This document shows positions 1-12,915 of a stretch of 64,000 bases of DNA, one piece after another. A program made the translations under genes and the position numbers. The stretch comes from Malacoraja senta (taxonomy: Eukaryota): NCBI GenBank assembly GCA_038087875.1, contig CM075987.1, forward strand, positions 26,104,001-26,168,000, written 5' to 3'. Each line of letters starts with the position of its first letter. Within the stretch, counting starts at the first letter, position 1. The notes beneath the pieces are model-generated. The model was not told the origin of the DNA. It worked only from the letters and a program-made list of their open reading frames with translations, and did not search any database.

Positions 1-117
1 CTTAATTGAGTTAAACTTAATTCAGACGAGTTCCCACCTATTAGTAAGCCACAATTTATTACGGTAAATGTGTTTTGCTAAATGAAAATCTGAATGACTG
101 ATTGCATTATTGAATGA

Positions 118-415
118 TTGATGGCATGTTGGCGCAGCGGTAGAGTTGCTGCCTCACGGCGCCAGAGACCCGGGATCGATCCCGACTACGGGTGCTGTCT
201 GTACGGAGTTTGTACGTTCTCCCCGTGACCCTGCGTGGGTTTTCTCCGACATCTTCATTTTTTCTCCCACACGTGCAGGTTTGTAGGTTACTTGGCTTAA
301 ATGTAAATTGTCCCAATTGTGTGTAGGATAGTGTTAGTGTGTGGGGATCGCTGGTCAACGCGAAAAAGGTGGGCCGAAGGGCCTGTTTTCGTGCTGTATC
401 TCTGAGCTGAACTAA
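118..415 (+). mobile_element. tRNA-derived SINE (HE1/V-SINE-like)
   Basis: Pol III A-box (tggcgcagcgg) and B-box-like (gggatcgatccc) head, conserved body, tail gggccgaagggcctgtt...gctgtatctct; about 30 similar copies in the window. Confidence 0.85.
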
Positions 416-507
416 AAATTATCAGTCAAGAATGTAGGAAGCTGTGTAGGAAGGAACTGCAGGGCTCGGCCGGACACGGCACCGCTCCAAGAGTCCGAGC
501 GCATTGT

Positions 508-1297
508 TTTTTTTGTGTTTCTTTTAAATTTTTTATTTATTAGAAGTACATTACATTACAACCACATACATTAGTACTCGTCACTTATGTCTTCTTACAA
601 TTAATGTACTCCATTTGTTTTTTACACTAGTAAAAGGAAAGGATAAGATTGAAAGAAAGAAGAAAGTGAAGGAAAAAGTGAGAGTGTAGAAAATGTGACA
701 ACAAAAAAGGACAAAGACCCTATAAGAACAAAATTAAAAACAAAAGAAAAAGAGTTAAGAAATAGACCCTAGAAAAGAAAGAGAAAGAGAAAGAGAAAAA
801 AGAGAGAAACAGATATTTTTATGAGCATTACGCAAATGGAACATACCAACTCTCCAACTTTCATCCCCCCTTACCTGACCTCAATTTTTTTAAGGTACCT
901 TTGCACCCTATATTTGTAATAATTCTATAAATGCAGACCACGTCAGATGGAAGTGATCTGGTTTACCTGCCAGGAGGAGTCTTATCTCTTCTAGGTGTAA
1001 TGTTTCGAACATATTTGAAATCCACATGTTTATAGTTGGTATTGGAGCCTTCTTCCAAAATTTTAGGATTAGCTTTTTTCCAGTTATTAACCCATAGTCT
1101 ATTAGTTTCTTTTGAAACACATTTAGTTCTGGACCATCTTCCGTTATTCCGAAGATAATCCATTCTGCTTTGGGTATCAGTCTTATTTTAAATAATTTTG
1201 TAAAGATTTCGAAAATTTCATTCCAAAATTTTTGAATTTTTGTACAGAAAACAAATGAGTGCGCTATAGTAGCTTCTTGGGATTGACATTTATCACA
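508..1297 (-). mobile_element. L1-clade LINE, 5'-truncated (ORF2 C-terminus, 3'UTR, polyA)
   Basis: Minus strand reads CDKCQSQEATIAHSFVFC...FW (zinc knuckle) into ORF 908-1120 ending WSAFIELLQI; A-rich tail; TSD agtccgag(c/a)gcattgt at 492-507 and 1298-1313. Confidence 0.85.
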
Positions 1298-1539
1298 AGT
1301 CCGAGAGCATTGTATCGGGATTCATCACAGCTTGGTTTAGGAACAGTTCCATCCAGGTTCATGGGCATGGTAAAATTGTCAATTGACCCTAGTGTGGGCA
1401 GATAGTGTTGATGCAACTGGTCGGCACAGATGCGGTGGGCCAAAGGGCCTGTTTCCGTGCTGTATCTCTAAACTAAACTAAAGAGATCTCTACCCATCTC
1501 TTCCCCACCTTAACCACCCTCCCCCCCCCTCCTGTCTGT

Positions 1540-1960
1540 GGTTTGAATGCGAAGTGGTAGGATATTGTCAGAGTGAGGCTAAATGCAAATTGGAGGAACA
1601 GCATCTCATATTTCGCTTGGGCAGCTTACAACCCAGTGGTGTGAGTATTGATTTCTCTCACTTCAAGTAACCCTTGCATTCCCTCTCTCTCTCTCCCTCC
1701 CCCACCCAAGACGCGCCAGCTTCTTGTTCTCACCCAGCAAACAGATAACAGTGGCCTGTTTCCTTTATCATCATTACCTTTTTGCATATCTTTCATTCAT
1801 TTATTCTATATATCTCTCTCTCTCCATCACCGTCTATATCTCTCGTTTCCCTCTCCCCTGACTCTCTGTCTGAAGAAAGGTCTCGACCCGAAACGTCACC
1901 CAATCCTTCTCTCCAGGAGATGCTGCCTGTCCCGCTGAGTTACTCCAGCATTTTGTGTCT
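1540..1960 (+). mobile_element. Penelope-like element 3' fragment (end of GIY-YIG domain plus tail)
   Basis: Encodes KCKLEEQHLIFRLGSLQPSG, matching the GIY-YIG C-terminus of the element at 16.2 kb; followed by the ctgaagaa..cccgaaacgtc tail. Confidence 0.85.
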
Positions 1961-2430
1961 CTGTTGGGATATTATCTTCTGAGTTGTAACGTCCCTGTGA
2001 AAACCGGAGAATGAATCAGATGGCAAGCAAATCACCAGCAACGCAGAATGTGACACTGCGTGTTAAGGCCAGCAAGATTGCCACTTTAGAACCAATAGAT
2101 TAATGAATCTTGCTCCGTGGATAAACAAATTGGTAACACGTTCGTCTATCCATCAATGATGGATTTTTTTGTTGTTCTGCAGATCAGTTTGATTGAAATT
2201 TTCAGTCTCAAAGCATAACTCATGTTGCTTGATGCACTTGCATTAATCCTGTAATCTATAAGATCTGACAAGCTGAGAGACTTCAGAAGGCCTTCCCTGT
2301 TATGCAACCCAATGGCCACATTAGGTCATTAATGTTTCCCATTCTGGTTCGCATTGTAATTCATTAAAGAGTGTTGGTGGAAGTTCATTAAATACGCACC
2401 CATCAAACTGCAAAAGTAAAGAAAATATTT
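1870..2430 (+). repeat. Dispersed duplication, copy A (partner 49376-49936)
   Basis: Near-identical (about 97% by eye) to 49376-49936, including ~470 bp of otherwise unique sequence. Confidence 0.95.
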
Positions 2431-2454
2431 GTCCTAACGGTCAGACAGAACGGG

Positions 2455-2660
2455 TTAGAGGGGGGATCTCTTTGAAAATCGCCGACTCGCGAAAGGCCTG
2501 GATAGAGTGGATGTGGAGAGGATGTTTCCACTCGTGGGAGAGTCCAGGACCAGAGGCTGTCACCTCAGAATACAAGGACGTTCCTTTAGGAAGGAGATGA
2601 GGAGGAATTTCTTTAGTCAGAGGGTGGAGAATCTGTGGAACTCATTGCCACAGACGGCTG
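2455..2660 (+). mobile_element. CR1 LINE 3' fragment
   Basis: DRVDVERMFPLVGESRTRG...NFFSQRV.NLWNSLP, typical CR1 ORF2 C-terminus. Confidence 0.85.
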
Positions 2661-3419
2661 GAGATGTCGGACTCGAGGAGCAGCGGCTGGTAGGGGTGGT
2701 GAACCGGTGTAATGCCTCCAGCGTCTTCAAGGTCCGCTGCAAGAGGCGCCCCCGGGACACAAAGATGGCCGTGCGAGGAGAGGAGAGGAGAGGAGAGGGA
2801 TGTTGTTTGCCGGGAACTGCTCCAGTACATCGAGCGTGTGGGGTCACTGACCTTGGACTTTGATTAGTGGTGCCAAAAATGGTGGGGCCTGCATGTGTAA
2901 TATATGCAAAAAGAATTTCACTTTGCAGTTGCAACTGTGACAGAGAAAGCAAAATTGAACTTTATTTTAAGATGAATAATCCTTTGACCAAAAGTTGCTT
3001 TGTAAAAAAATTCTTCCTTGTAGCTGTTGGAAATTGCAAGTACATGACGTAATTTAGCATAAATTTGCAGACTCATTAGTAGGCCTGCTTTATTTTTTCC
3101 ATGTATTCTAGAAATCCACTCAAACGAAAATCTCATGAAATAATTAAGTTAACTACAGATCCAAACCCCAAAATTCATCATTGTGATTTCAGACCGTGTT
3201 GGTTTGAACAGCCAGGCTTGTTCGTTCAAAGAACAATTTGATTTTGATTTGATTTGATATCTTTTATTTCGAACGAACGATTAAAAAAAGAAAAGAAAAG
3301 ATGAAAATGAATAATAAATAAAGGAAAATTATATATATACATATATATATACATAAATACATACACACATACATACATATACATGTACATATATACATAC
3401 ATACATATACAGATTCAGG

Positions 3420-3832
3420 TTCAGATTCAGAAAACTTTATTGTCTGTGGTAACAGAAAATCTTCTTTGGCGTGGCTCAACATACAAACAGGACAATGTAC
3501 TGATAAGCAGTCATACAATACAGATTTCTGCGAGCACGCACCGTGTGTATAGATCTTAAAAGCAAGTATAAGGATTAAAAACTGTAAAAATAGACAAGAT
3601 GAAAGTTGTGGATACGTGTAAAGTGACAGTGCGTCAGGGTTAATTTGTCCATTGTTCATTTTTTATTTAAGCTGTTTATGGCAATGGGTATGAATGAGTT
3701 TTTGTGGATGTTTTTCTTCGATAGGGGGACTTTATATCGGCGGCCTGATGGCAGAAGTTGGAAGGACTTGTGCAGGGGGTGGGTGGGATCCTGTGTAATG
3801 AGGTTGGCTTTCCTTTTAACTGCCTGGGTGTG
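3420..3832 (-). mobile_element. Rex1/Babar LINE 3' fragment
   Basis: ITQDPTHPLHKSFQLLPSGRRYK...HKNSFIPIAINSLN, then aataaa and a (tctgaa)n tail. Confidence 0.75.
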
Positions 3833-4597
3833 AAGTACTGATATACATATACACATATACACACATATACATAACATATATGTACATACATAAATTAAAA
3901 AATCAAAAGCCAATTTCAACATAATACACATTAGACTCGTTCGAAAAGGGGTAGGAAGAAGCCTATGCTTGTCAAGTCCCCCATTCTTTACCATTAACAA
4001 ATGCAAAATTCAATAAAATAAACTAAACAGACAAATCAAATGAAACTACTCCAATTAAGCTATTAAGAAAAAAAGAACCAAAAAAGAAAAGACCCAAAAG
4101 AACAACACCATTAACATCTGTGAGATTTACCTTCTCCTTCCTCATTACTGTACTTTTCAAAGATATATCTTTTGTACATTTTTTAAAATTGCATTATATT
4201 CATACTTTGTTTAATCGTTTCATCAAGACCATTCCACAAATGGCCATGGCCACAATCGACATGGCCACATTACAAGACCATAAGAAATTGGGAGCAGGAA
4301 TAAGGCTATGGGTTCTGAACTGAAAACATCAGAGGACCAATTGCACTGTAATTATTAATGATCATATTAAGTTGCTGAGCTTAAAACTGACACTACCTCT
4401 CCCCGAAACAGGTATTGCAGAGTCCTGGCTTGGAATAAAATATTATTCAATTAAGCAAATGGAGTTAGCACCACTGTGGGAGTGCACTGCAGTATTCAGC
4501 AGTAATTCCAAAACTGTGTTTGCAAGCGAGTGGTTGGGTATATAATTGGACTTTCTATCAGATAGGGCACCAGTAAAGATGAGTGAGGTGGTTCTAA

Positions 4598-5125
4598 ACA
4601 TAGAAACAGAGAAAATTAGGTGCAGGAGTAGGCCATTCGGCCCTTCGAGCCTGCACCGCCATTCAATATGATCTTGGCTGATCAACCATCTCAGTATCCT
4701 GTACCTGCCTTCTGTCCATACCCCCTGATCCCTTTAGCCACAAGGGCCACATCTAACTCCCTCTTAAATATAGCCAATGAACTGGCCTCAACTACCTTCT
4801 GTGGCAGAGAATTCCACAGATTCACCACTCTCTGTGTGAATTTTTTTTTCTCATCTTGGTCCAAAAAGACTTCCCCCTTATCCTTTACCTGTGACCCCTT
4901 GTTCTGGACTTCCCCAACATCGGGAACAATCTTCCTGCATCTAGCCTGTCCAACCCCTTAAGAATTTTGTAAGTTTCTATAAGATCCCCCCTCAATCTTC
5001 TAAATTCTAGCGAGTACAAGCCGAGTCTATCCAGTCTTTCTTCATATGAAAGTCCTGCCATCCCAGGAATCAATCTGGTGAACCTTCTCTGTACTCCCTC
5101 TAAGGCAAGAATGTCTTTCCTCAGA
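4598..5125 (-). mobile_element. CR1 LINE 3' fragment
   Basis: LRKDILALEGVQRRFTRLIPGMAGLSYEERLDRLGLYSLEFRRLRGDLIETYK, plus 3'UTR. Confidence 0.9.
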
Positions 5126-5719
5126 TTCCTCAAAGGACATTGAACGCATGTCCCAAGGTCTTGGACATGTTCTGCTTCTCCTCCTTCACGGGCCTTGCCT
5201 CTCCCATTATGCGAGAGAGCCGCACTCCCCTTTCTTCCCGCCATTGAGCTTTATCTCCTGAGCTTTGCCCCCTTTCGTGTTTAGTTTAGTTTAGTTTAGA
5301 GATACAGCGCAGAAACAGGCCCTTCAGCCCACCCAGTCCACGCCGGCCAGCGATCCCCGCACATTAACACTATCCTATTTATACTTACACCAAGACAACT
5401 AACCTAACCTTTGTTCGTCGAGCAATCTCCCAGATTACTCCAAGTGATCACTGTATTTGGTGCTGTTAAATAAAGTTTGATCTAGCCGATCTTTGTGTTG
5501 TGTTTTGAAGTTCTCTTTAACACCTTTAGCATAATATTGGTGGACCTTCCACAAGTTGTGACATGAGACTCGAGATGAAATGACAGAAAGTCTTTTGTTT
5601 CGCATGAAGATTGGTAAAGTGATGTACTGTAAGTCTGGTCAAATGAGCTGGGCCATGTGGATGACATCTTTGCACACCAATCACCTGGGAAAGGCCTGCT
5701 TATTCTGCACTGGGGTGAT

Positions 5720-6012
5720 AGTTTAGTTTAGAGATACAGCGCAGAAACAGGCCCTTCGGCCCACCGAGTCCACACCGGCCAGCGGTCCCTGCACATTAAC
5801 ACTATCCCACACACGCTAGGGACAATTGTACACATATACCAAGCCGATTAACTTCCAAACCTGTACGTCTTTGGACCGTGGGAGGAAACCGAAGATCTCG
5901 GAGAAAACCCACGCAGGTCACGGGGAGAACGTACAGACAGCACCCGTGGTCAGGATCGAACCCGGGTCTCCAGCGCTGTAAGGCAGCAACTCTACCGCCC
6001 TCTGTGCCACCG
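5720..6012 (-). mobile_element. tRNA-derived SINE
   Basis: Full reverse copy; a partial 3' copy also lies at ~5280-5405. Confidence 0.85.
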
Positions 6013-6489
6013 ATATTGAAGGGGTTATTTCAGCTGCTTGATGGAGTATGATAATGCTGAGTCTTAAAAGAGAAATTATATAGCTCAAATAAATAATGAT
6101 AGACCCTCTCAGGTACGAAAGAAGTACGAAAAAATGTGACCACATTATTGCATCTCTCTGAAATGTGTGAACACAAAAAAGAGAATTACTGCAATCATGA
6201 CCCATTTGGAAAAACGGTGACTTCACAAACTGCCCCGAAGCTGATTTTGTGATTTTTATTGGCACATTTCCCCTTTTACAGTATCTGAATCCACTTCAAA
6301 TGTTCCGTAAATAATGCGTTAATAATGTATGCTGATTCCTAAATGCTCTTCCTGTCAAGATTAGGAGGCGAACGTGAGCCCATAAAATGACTTCAATAAA
6401 AAAAAAAAAAATGACAATGAACTAGGCAGGCACCAGAGCGTAAACTAGCAGGCGTCGTTCTGGGCTGTAGATCCATGTTCATGTTCCAG

Positions 6490-7200
6490 GAATAGAATTA
6501 GGCCATTCGGCCCATCAAGTCTACTCCGCCATTCAATCATGGCTGATCTATCTCTCCCTCCTAACCCCATTCTCCTGCTTTCTCCCGGTAACCCCCAACA
6601 TCCGCACTATTCAAGAATCTGTCAATATCCATCGACTTGGCCTCCGCAGCCGTCTGTGGCAATGAATTCCACAGATTCACCATCCTCCGACTAAAGAAAT
6701 TCCTCCTCATCTCCTTCCTAAACGAACATCCTTAATTCTGAGGCTGTGGCCTCTGGTGAAGTGACTTAACTTGTTCATAAGGTCATAAGTGATAGGAGCA
6801 GAATTAGGCCATTCGGCCCATCAAGTTTACTCCGCCATTCAATCATGGCTGATCTATCTCTCCCTCCTAACCCCATTCTCCTGGCTTCTCCCCATAACCC
6901 CTGACACCCGCACTAATCAAGAATCTGTCTATCTCTGCCTTCAAGATATCCATTGACTTGGCCTCCACAGCCTTCTGTAGCACAGAATTCCGTAGATTCG
7001 CCACCCTCTGACTAAAGAAATCCCTCCTCATCTCCTTATTAAAGGAATGTCCTTTAATTCTGAGTGTGTGAGTTCTGGTCTTAGACTCTCCCACTCACAG
7101 AAAATCCCTCTTCACATCCACTCTCTTACCTAACCCTTTCACTGTTCGGTAAATTTCAATGAGGTTCCCACTCATCCTTCTGAACTGCAGCGAGTACGGG
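6490..7200 (-). mobile_element. Two tandem CR1 3' fragments
   Basis: CR1 3'UTR gaattaggccattcggcccatcaag occurs twice; ORF 6867-7094 is the CR1 C-terminus. Confidence 0.85.
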
Positions 7201-7554
7201 CCAAACGCAGGCAGGCGTGATTACTGTAGATGGGACATGTTGGATGGTCCGGGCAAGTTGGGCCGAAGGGCCGGTTTCCACATTGTATGCCTCCACGACT
7301 AGAACATTGGAAAGCCGTGGAAAAATAAGGAACTCTAAAACTCTCAGATTTAACAATGGATATTTTAAAGTCAAGTCAAGTCAATGGATATTTGTAAGGC
7401 AGAGATAGATAGATTCTTGATTAGTGCGGGTGTCAGGGGTTATGGGGAGAAGGCAGGAGAATGGGGTTAGGAGGGAGAGATAGATCAGCCATGATTGATT
7501 GGCAGAGTGGACTTGATGGACCGAATGGCCTAATTCTGCTCCTATCACTTTTGA

Positions 7555-8095
7555 TAGTTGCCATCATAGAGTCTGTCCTCACCTTCTCCATCATGGTCTG
7601 GTTTGGCTCAGCCACCAAGCACGACACCCGGAGGCTGCAGCGCATCGTTCGATCAGCCGAGAAGGTTGTTGGCTGCAACCTTCCCCCCACCATCGACGAA
7701 CTGTACACTGCAAGGGCCAGGAAGTGAGCGGGTAAGATAATTTCTGACCCCTCTCACCCTGGCCACAAACTCTTTGAATCACTTCCCTCTGGAAGGCGAC
7801 TCCGGACTGTCAAAGCTGCCACAGCCAGACATAAAAACAGCTTTTTTTCCACGAGTAGTAGCTCGACTCAACAACCAAAAATCTGTAGCCTCCTTTTGCT
7901 CTGGTATTTTTTTTCACTCTTCACATGTTTAAATGATAATGTTTTATTTTTAATTGTCTACTGTATATCGTGTTGTTACTTGTGAGCAAAGCAGCAAGGC
8001 AAATTCCTTGTATGTGAACATTCTTGGCTAATAACATTTATTCAATTCAATTATTCAATTCAATTCAATTCAGTTCAATTCAATTCAATTCAATT
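7555..8095 (+). mobile_element. Rex1/Babar LINE 3' fragment
   Basis: AIIESVLTFSIMVWFG...RRLQRIVRSAEKVVG, ending in an (aattc)n tail at 8043-8095. Confidence 0.8.
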
Positions 8096-8594
8096 TTTGT
8101 TTCTTAAATAATACCATTATGTTCAATACTAGGCTTCAGGGAAGGAAGTCACTCACTCTTATCTCTTCTTGTCTACATATGTCAGCATATATGACAACCA
8201 AGGGGCATGTCGACACAGATTCCATTACCTCCCCACCACATGTATAGTTTAACACACTGCTGTGTCTCGATGCTGGGCGAGAACATTTTTTTAACATGAG
8301 AGGAGGGATGCCAAAGAGCTTTGCGTTTCTTCTCGCAGGCATGCTTCCCAATTTGCCGAGAGCTGAATTCCTCTTTGTCACTTTCTGAGCACTTCAGGTT
8401 CTGCTTGTCAACAGCTGACATCTTGTTCTCGACAGATTTTAATTAATATTTGAGAGTTTCTCAGCTTGTCTCCCGCAGATCCCTCGAGCATTGTCTAGGA
8501 ACACCGTGGCTGCATGCCTCAGCAGTACCTGATTGCGGTGATCAGTTGGGAAAGGAGTGTAATCATCGCGTTAGCCGGAGGACCACCTCCAATT

Positions 8595-9416
8595 TAGTCT
8601 ACTTCAGTTTAGTTTAGAGATACACCGTGGAAACAGGCCCTTCGGCCCACCGAGTCTGCACCGACCAGCGATCCCTGCACATTGACACCATCCAACACAT
8701 ACTAGGGACAATTTACTCTTGTACCAAGCCAATTAACCCTCAAACCTGTAAAGTCACTATCTCACTTAGGCGATTTTGTTGGCGACTACAGGCGACTAGG
8801 CTGTCATCACAAGGTCGCGGGGTGACACCTGTATGGTCGTGAGTTGTCTCCTCAAGTCGCCTAAAGAGTCGTAACGTTTTTCTGGTCGCCGCTTGATTGT
8901 GAAATGTTCAAAACTCTTCGGTGACTGTGGGCTTGATGTAGCTTGTCTTTGGTGGTAGGTGCTGTCGTAGGTTGTCGCCAGGATGACGTAGGTGGTCGCC
9001 GGGTGCTGACTTCGGTGAATTCCATTGGCGACTACCTACGTCAACCGGCGACAGCTACCGGCGACTGAATTGTCTTCAGTTGTTTTCAGTTGTCGCCGAC
9101 AGGGTCGTAGCTTGTTGCGGGTGGACGTAGGTTGACTTTGGTTGTCACCTGTGCGGTCGTAGGTGGACGTCCTAATGGGTCGCCGGTTGTCGGTAGCTTG
9201 ACGTCGACTAGGTGGTAGGTTGTCGTAGACGTTGTCGCAGGTGGGGTCCAGTCGCCGGTAGGCGCCGAAAAAATCGCCCAAGTGGGACAGGCCCTAACTC
9301 TTCGGAGTGTGGGAGGAAACCGAAGATCTCGGAGAAAACCCACGCAGGTCACGGGGCGAACGTGCAAACTCCGTGCAGACAGGGGCAGCAACTCTACCGC
9401 TTCCGCCACCGTGCCG
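8595..9416 (-). mobile_element. tRNA-derived SINE interrupted by a MITE
   Basis: SINE halves at 8595-8751 and 9295-9416 are colinear. Confidence 0.8.
8752..9294. mobile_element. PIF/Harbinger-like MITE
   Basis: Imperfect TIRs (..cacttaggcgatttt / aaaatcgcccaagtgggacaggccc), TAA on both sides, internal gtcgcc/gtaggt repeats. Confidence 0.75.
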
Positions 9417-10386
9417 CGTAAGCGTAACAAGGTCCAGCGTTGAGTAGTGTCTTAAACTGTTTGGTAACTTGATGGCCTTTATAAAACTGGATTAGATTTA
9501 AAACCAAACTAACACTGTGCAGAATGCTGGACACACACATGAGCCTGATTTCCTTCTCTCCAGAGATGCTGCCTGACCCGCTGAGCTACTCCACCACATT
9601 GTGTCCATAATCTATCGTTGTCCTCCGGAGATGCTGCCTGACCCGCTGAGTTGCTCCAGCACTTTCTGCTTTTTTTTTTCAGTACAGTAAGAAAAACTAG
9701 GCTTGTGCTTAAAATGCTTTTGTCTTCACTGCTACAAGTGTATGATTGGCATTTTAGGGGGGAAAAAAAGACATTCGCTTGAACATGAAGGGGTCGTATT
9801 GTTATCGGGATGTTTGTATCAGAGCTCAGGCACACGTGATTTTTGTGTGCAGGGAATGACTATTGTGTTCCTCGGTTGGTCATCTGTCAGCCCAGAACGT
9901 GACAACACCCTGCTGGTTAGGCGACACTCAGGAAAAACGTGCAGGAGGGAAGATACACAGCAGTGATTTGGTATTTGTGTGAACTGAACGCTCACAAAAT
10001 ACCTTGTGACGGTTGCAATTTAGCGATGACAGATATTTGCATAACACTGGCACAATTCACAGAGGAGCAATGGGTAATAAAATGCTGAGGTGACTTTAAA
10101 AATAAATTGCTGCCAGGAATAACCACTGAGGAAAATAGCCATCAGTGAGCTAGGGAGAAGATGGACACAACATGCTGGAGTAACTCAGCGGGACAGGCAG
10201 CGTCTCTGGAGAGAAGGAACGGGTGGCGTTTCGGGTTCGAGTCCCTTCTTCAGACTGAGCTGGAAGCTTTTGAAGGGATATTCAGACAATGGCTGCACTG
10301 TCAGAATGCAGAGATGTGTAGAGCTGTGGACTTCATAGACGCAGTAAGAGGCAAGACCACGAAGGGATAAGTTCATAAGAAATCGA

Positions 10387-10690
10387 GCGGCACGGTGGTG
10401 CAGCGGTAGAATTGTTGCCTTGCAGCGCCAGAGTCCCAGGTTCAATCCTGACTACGGGTGCTGTCTGTAGGGAGTTTGTACGTTCTCCCTGTGACCGCGT
10501 GGGCTTTCTGCGGGTGCTCCGGTTTCCTCCCACATTCCAAAGACGCACAGGTTTGCAGGTTAATTGGCTTGGTAAATGTAAAAATTGTCCCTAGTGTGTG
10601 TAGGATAGTGTTAGTGTGCGGGGATCGCTGGTCGGCGCGGACCTGGTGGGTCGAAGGGCCTGTTTCCGTGCTGTATTTCTAAACTAAAAA
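10387..10690 (+). mobile_element. tRNA-derived SINE
   Basis: Full-length family copy. Confidence 0.85.
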
Positions 10691-10856
10691 ATGTTGATCA
10701 TGACTGATCTTCCATGTCATAACCATTTTCTTGCCCTATCTTCCTTGATTATCTTAACGTCCAGAAACCTATTGGTCTCTGTTTTGAATGTTCGACCTTC
10801 CCCATCTCCCCGGAGTAGAAAATTCCGAACGGGTCACCCAGGAGAAGGATGCCCTA

Positions 10857-11156
10857 TTTTAGTTTGGGGATACAGTGTGGAAACAGGCCGCTCGGCCCAC
10901 CGAGTCCGTGCTGACCTCACTCACCCACCCACACTGGTTCTATCCTATACACACTCGGGACAATTTGCGGAAGCCAATTAACCAGCAGACCTGCACGCCT
11001 TTGGAATGTGGGAGGAAACCAGAGAACCCAGAGAAAAACCACTCAGGTCACGGGGAGAACGTACAGACTTCGTACAGACAGCACCCGTAGTCAGGATCGA
11101 ACCCTGATCTCTGGCGCTGTGAGGCAGCAACTCTACCGCTCTGCCATTGGGCCACC
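10857..11156 (-). mobile_element. tRNA-derived SINE
   Basis: Reverse family copy. Confidence 0.8.
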
Positions 11157-11398
11157 CTTGAGCTGCCATATATTAAATGCATGACACGAGATATCGACAG
11201 GCTGCAGGACTCTCCTTGCAAGTCCTTACCTGTCTTTTGAATGACATGGACTGAAAAACTGCTGAAAACCAGTTTGATATTTACACCCCTGGGTAATGAG
11301 ACCAAAATTGCATGCAGTCCTCAGGTTAGCTTATACTTCCTATGGTTTGGTTGAGGGCACTTTTCCAATCTCATTGTTGGTGTTTCCTGCACCCTAAT

Positions 11399-11730
11399 AG
11401 CCCTGTCCCACGGTACGAGTTCATTCCAAGAGCTCTCTCTCCCGAGTTTGCCCTGATTCGAACTCGGAGATTTACGGTAATGGCCGCTCGTCGGTACTCG
11501 GGGCTCTCGTGGACATTTCTCAACATGTTGAAAAATCTTCACGAGTCTTCCCGTGCTTACCTGCCGTTAGCGAGTCTTCCCGAGTACCTGCCGTTAGCGT
11601 TACGAGCCGCTAAGAGGCGTCTCCATGCTCCGACGTACCCGCTACGTTCATTCTCCGTGCTTACCACGAGTTTGATTTTTTTTTAAACTCGGGAGAGCTC
11701 TTGGAATGAACTCGTACCATGGGACAGGGC
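11399..11730. mobile_element. PIF/Harbinger-like MITE
   Basis: Long TIR gccctgtcccacggtacgagttcattccaagagctctc..; nearly identical to 21158-21487. Confidence 0.85.
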
Positions 11731-11829
11731 AACATGCCTGTTGTAAGCAGCCTAGGTCCCAGCATGTCGAAGGGCAGGTCACTCATGCCCAGTAAACCAT
11801 GAGGTTTATTTGTGTCAGGTCTCTGTAAC

Positions 11830-12065
11830 GTGTTGTCACCTCGCCCACAGCTAAACAATGGCCTGTTTCCTTTATCATCGTAAAGTTTTTTGTATATCTT
11901 TCACTCATTTGATCCTTATCTCTCTACATCACCATCTATATCTCTCGTTTCCCTTATCCCTGACTAGTCTGAAGAACGGACTGGACCCAAAACATCACCC
12001 ATCCCTTTTCTCCAGAGAAGCTGCCGGTCCCGCTGAGTTACTCCGGGTTTTTGTGCCCATCTTCG
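11830..12065 (+). mobile_element. PLE 3' tail fragment
   Basis: Homologous to 1740-1960. Confidence 0.75.
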
Positions 12066-12544
12066 GTCATTTATCCCGATTTCATTGACTGCCTTAGACT
12101 GAAGCAGAGCCAATACCCTGAATTATTCAACAGATTCAAAATAATGATCAGTATTGGGAGTGCAGATGATGCTTTGCACTTGGATTTAAGTACGTTAACC
12201 GCAGACGAATCGATTAAATATTAACGTTTCCAAAGAGCTCGACTAGACAGTCAACGCTCTGCTGGCATTGGAGATGATATTTGTCAAGTTCCCCGGTGCT
12301 TGAGCGGAAGACCTGTTTAAATTGGGATTCAGGCCAGACTGCCCTTGAGTTGAAATCTCAAAGAGTGAATCTCCAAGAGCTGCTCCCTCAGGTCCTCCTA
12401 AATTGATTCATCTGGCCACTTGCCATGATCTTGGAGTTGTAGACTGAGATACTGAGTTGCTCCAGCATTTTGTGTCCATCTTGAGTGTCAGTTCTGTCGA
12501 TACCGAGCTGTATTTTTTACGTTTTCGTGAAGTGACCTAACGTG

Positions 12545-12915
12545 TTCATAAGGTAAAAAATGATAGGAGCAGAATTAGGCCATTCGGCCCATCGAGTCTA
12601 CTCCGCCATTCAATCATGGCTGATCTATCTCTCTCTCCTAACCCCATTCACCTGCCTTCTCCCCATAACCCCTGACACCCGTACTGATCTAGAATCTATC
12701 TATCTCTGCCTTAAAAATATCCATTGACTTGGCCTCCACATCCTTTTGTGGCAAAGAATTCCACAGATTCAACACCCTCCTGAGAAATTCCTCCTCATCT
12801 CCTTCCCAAAGGAACGTCCTTGAATTCTGAGGCTGTGGCCCCTGGTCCTAGACTCTCCCACTAGTGGAAACATCCTCTCCACATCCACTCTCTCCAGGCC
12901 TTTCACAATTCTGTA
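12545..12915 (-). mobile_element. CR1 3' fragment
   Basis: Same family as 6778-7200. Confidence 0.85.

Noticed and set aside
8136..8421. Overlapping minus-strand ORFs in unique sequence
   Set aside because: No recognisable domain or convincing splice sites.
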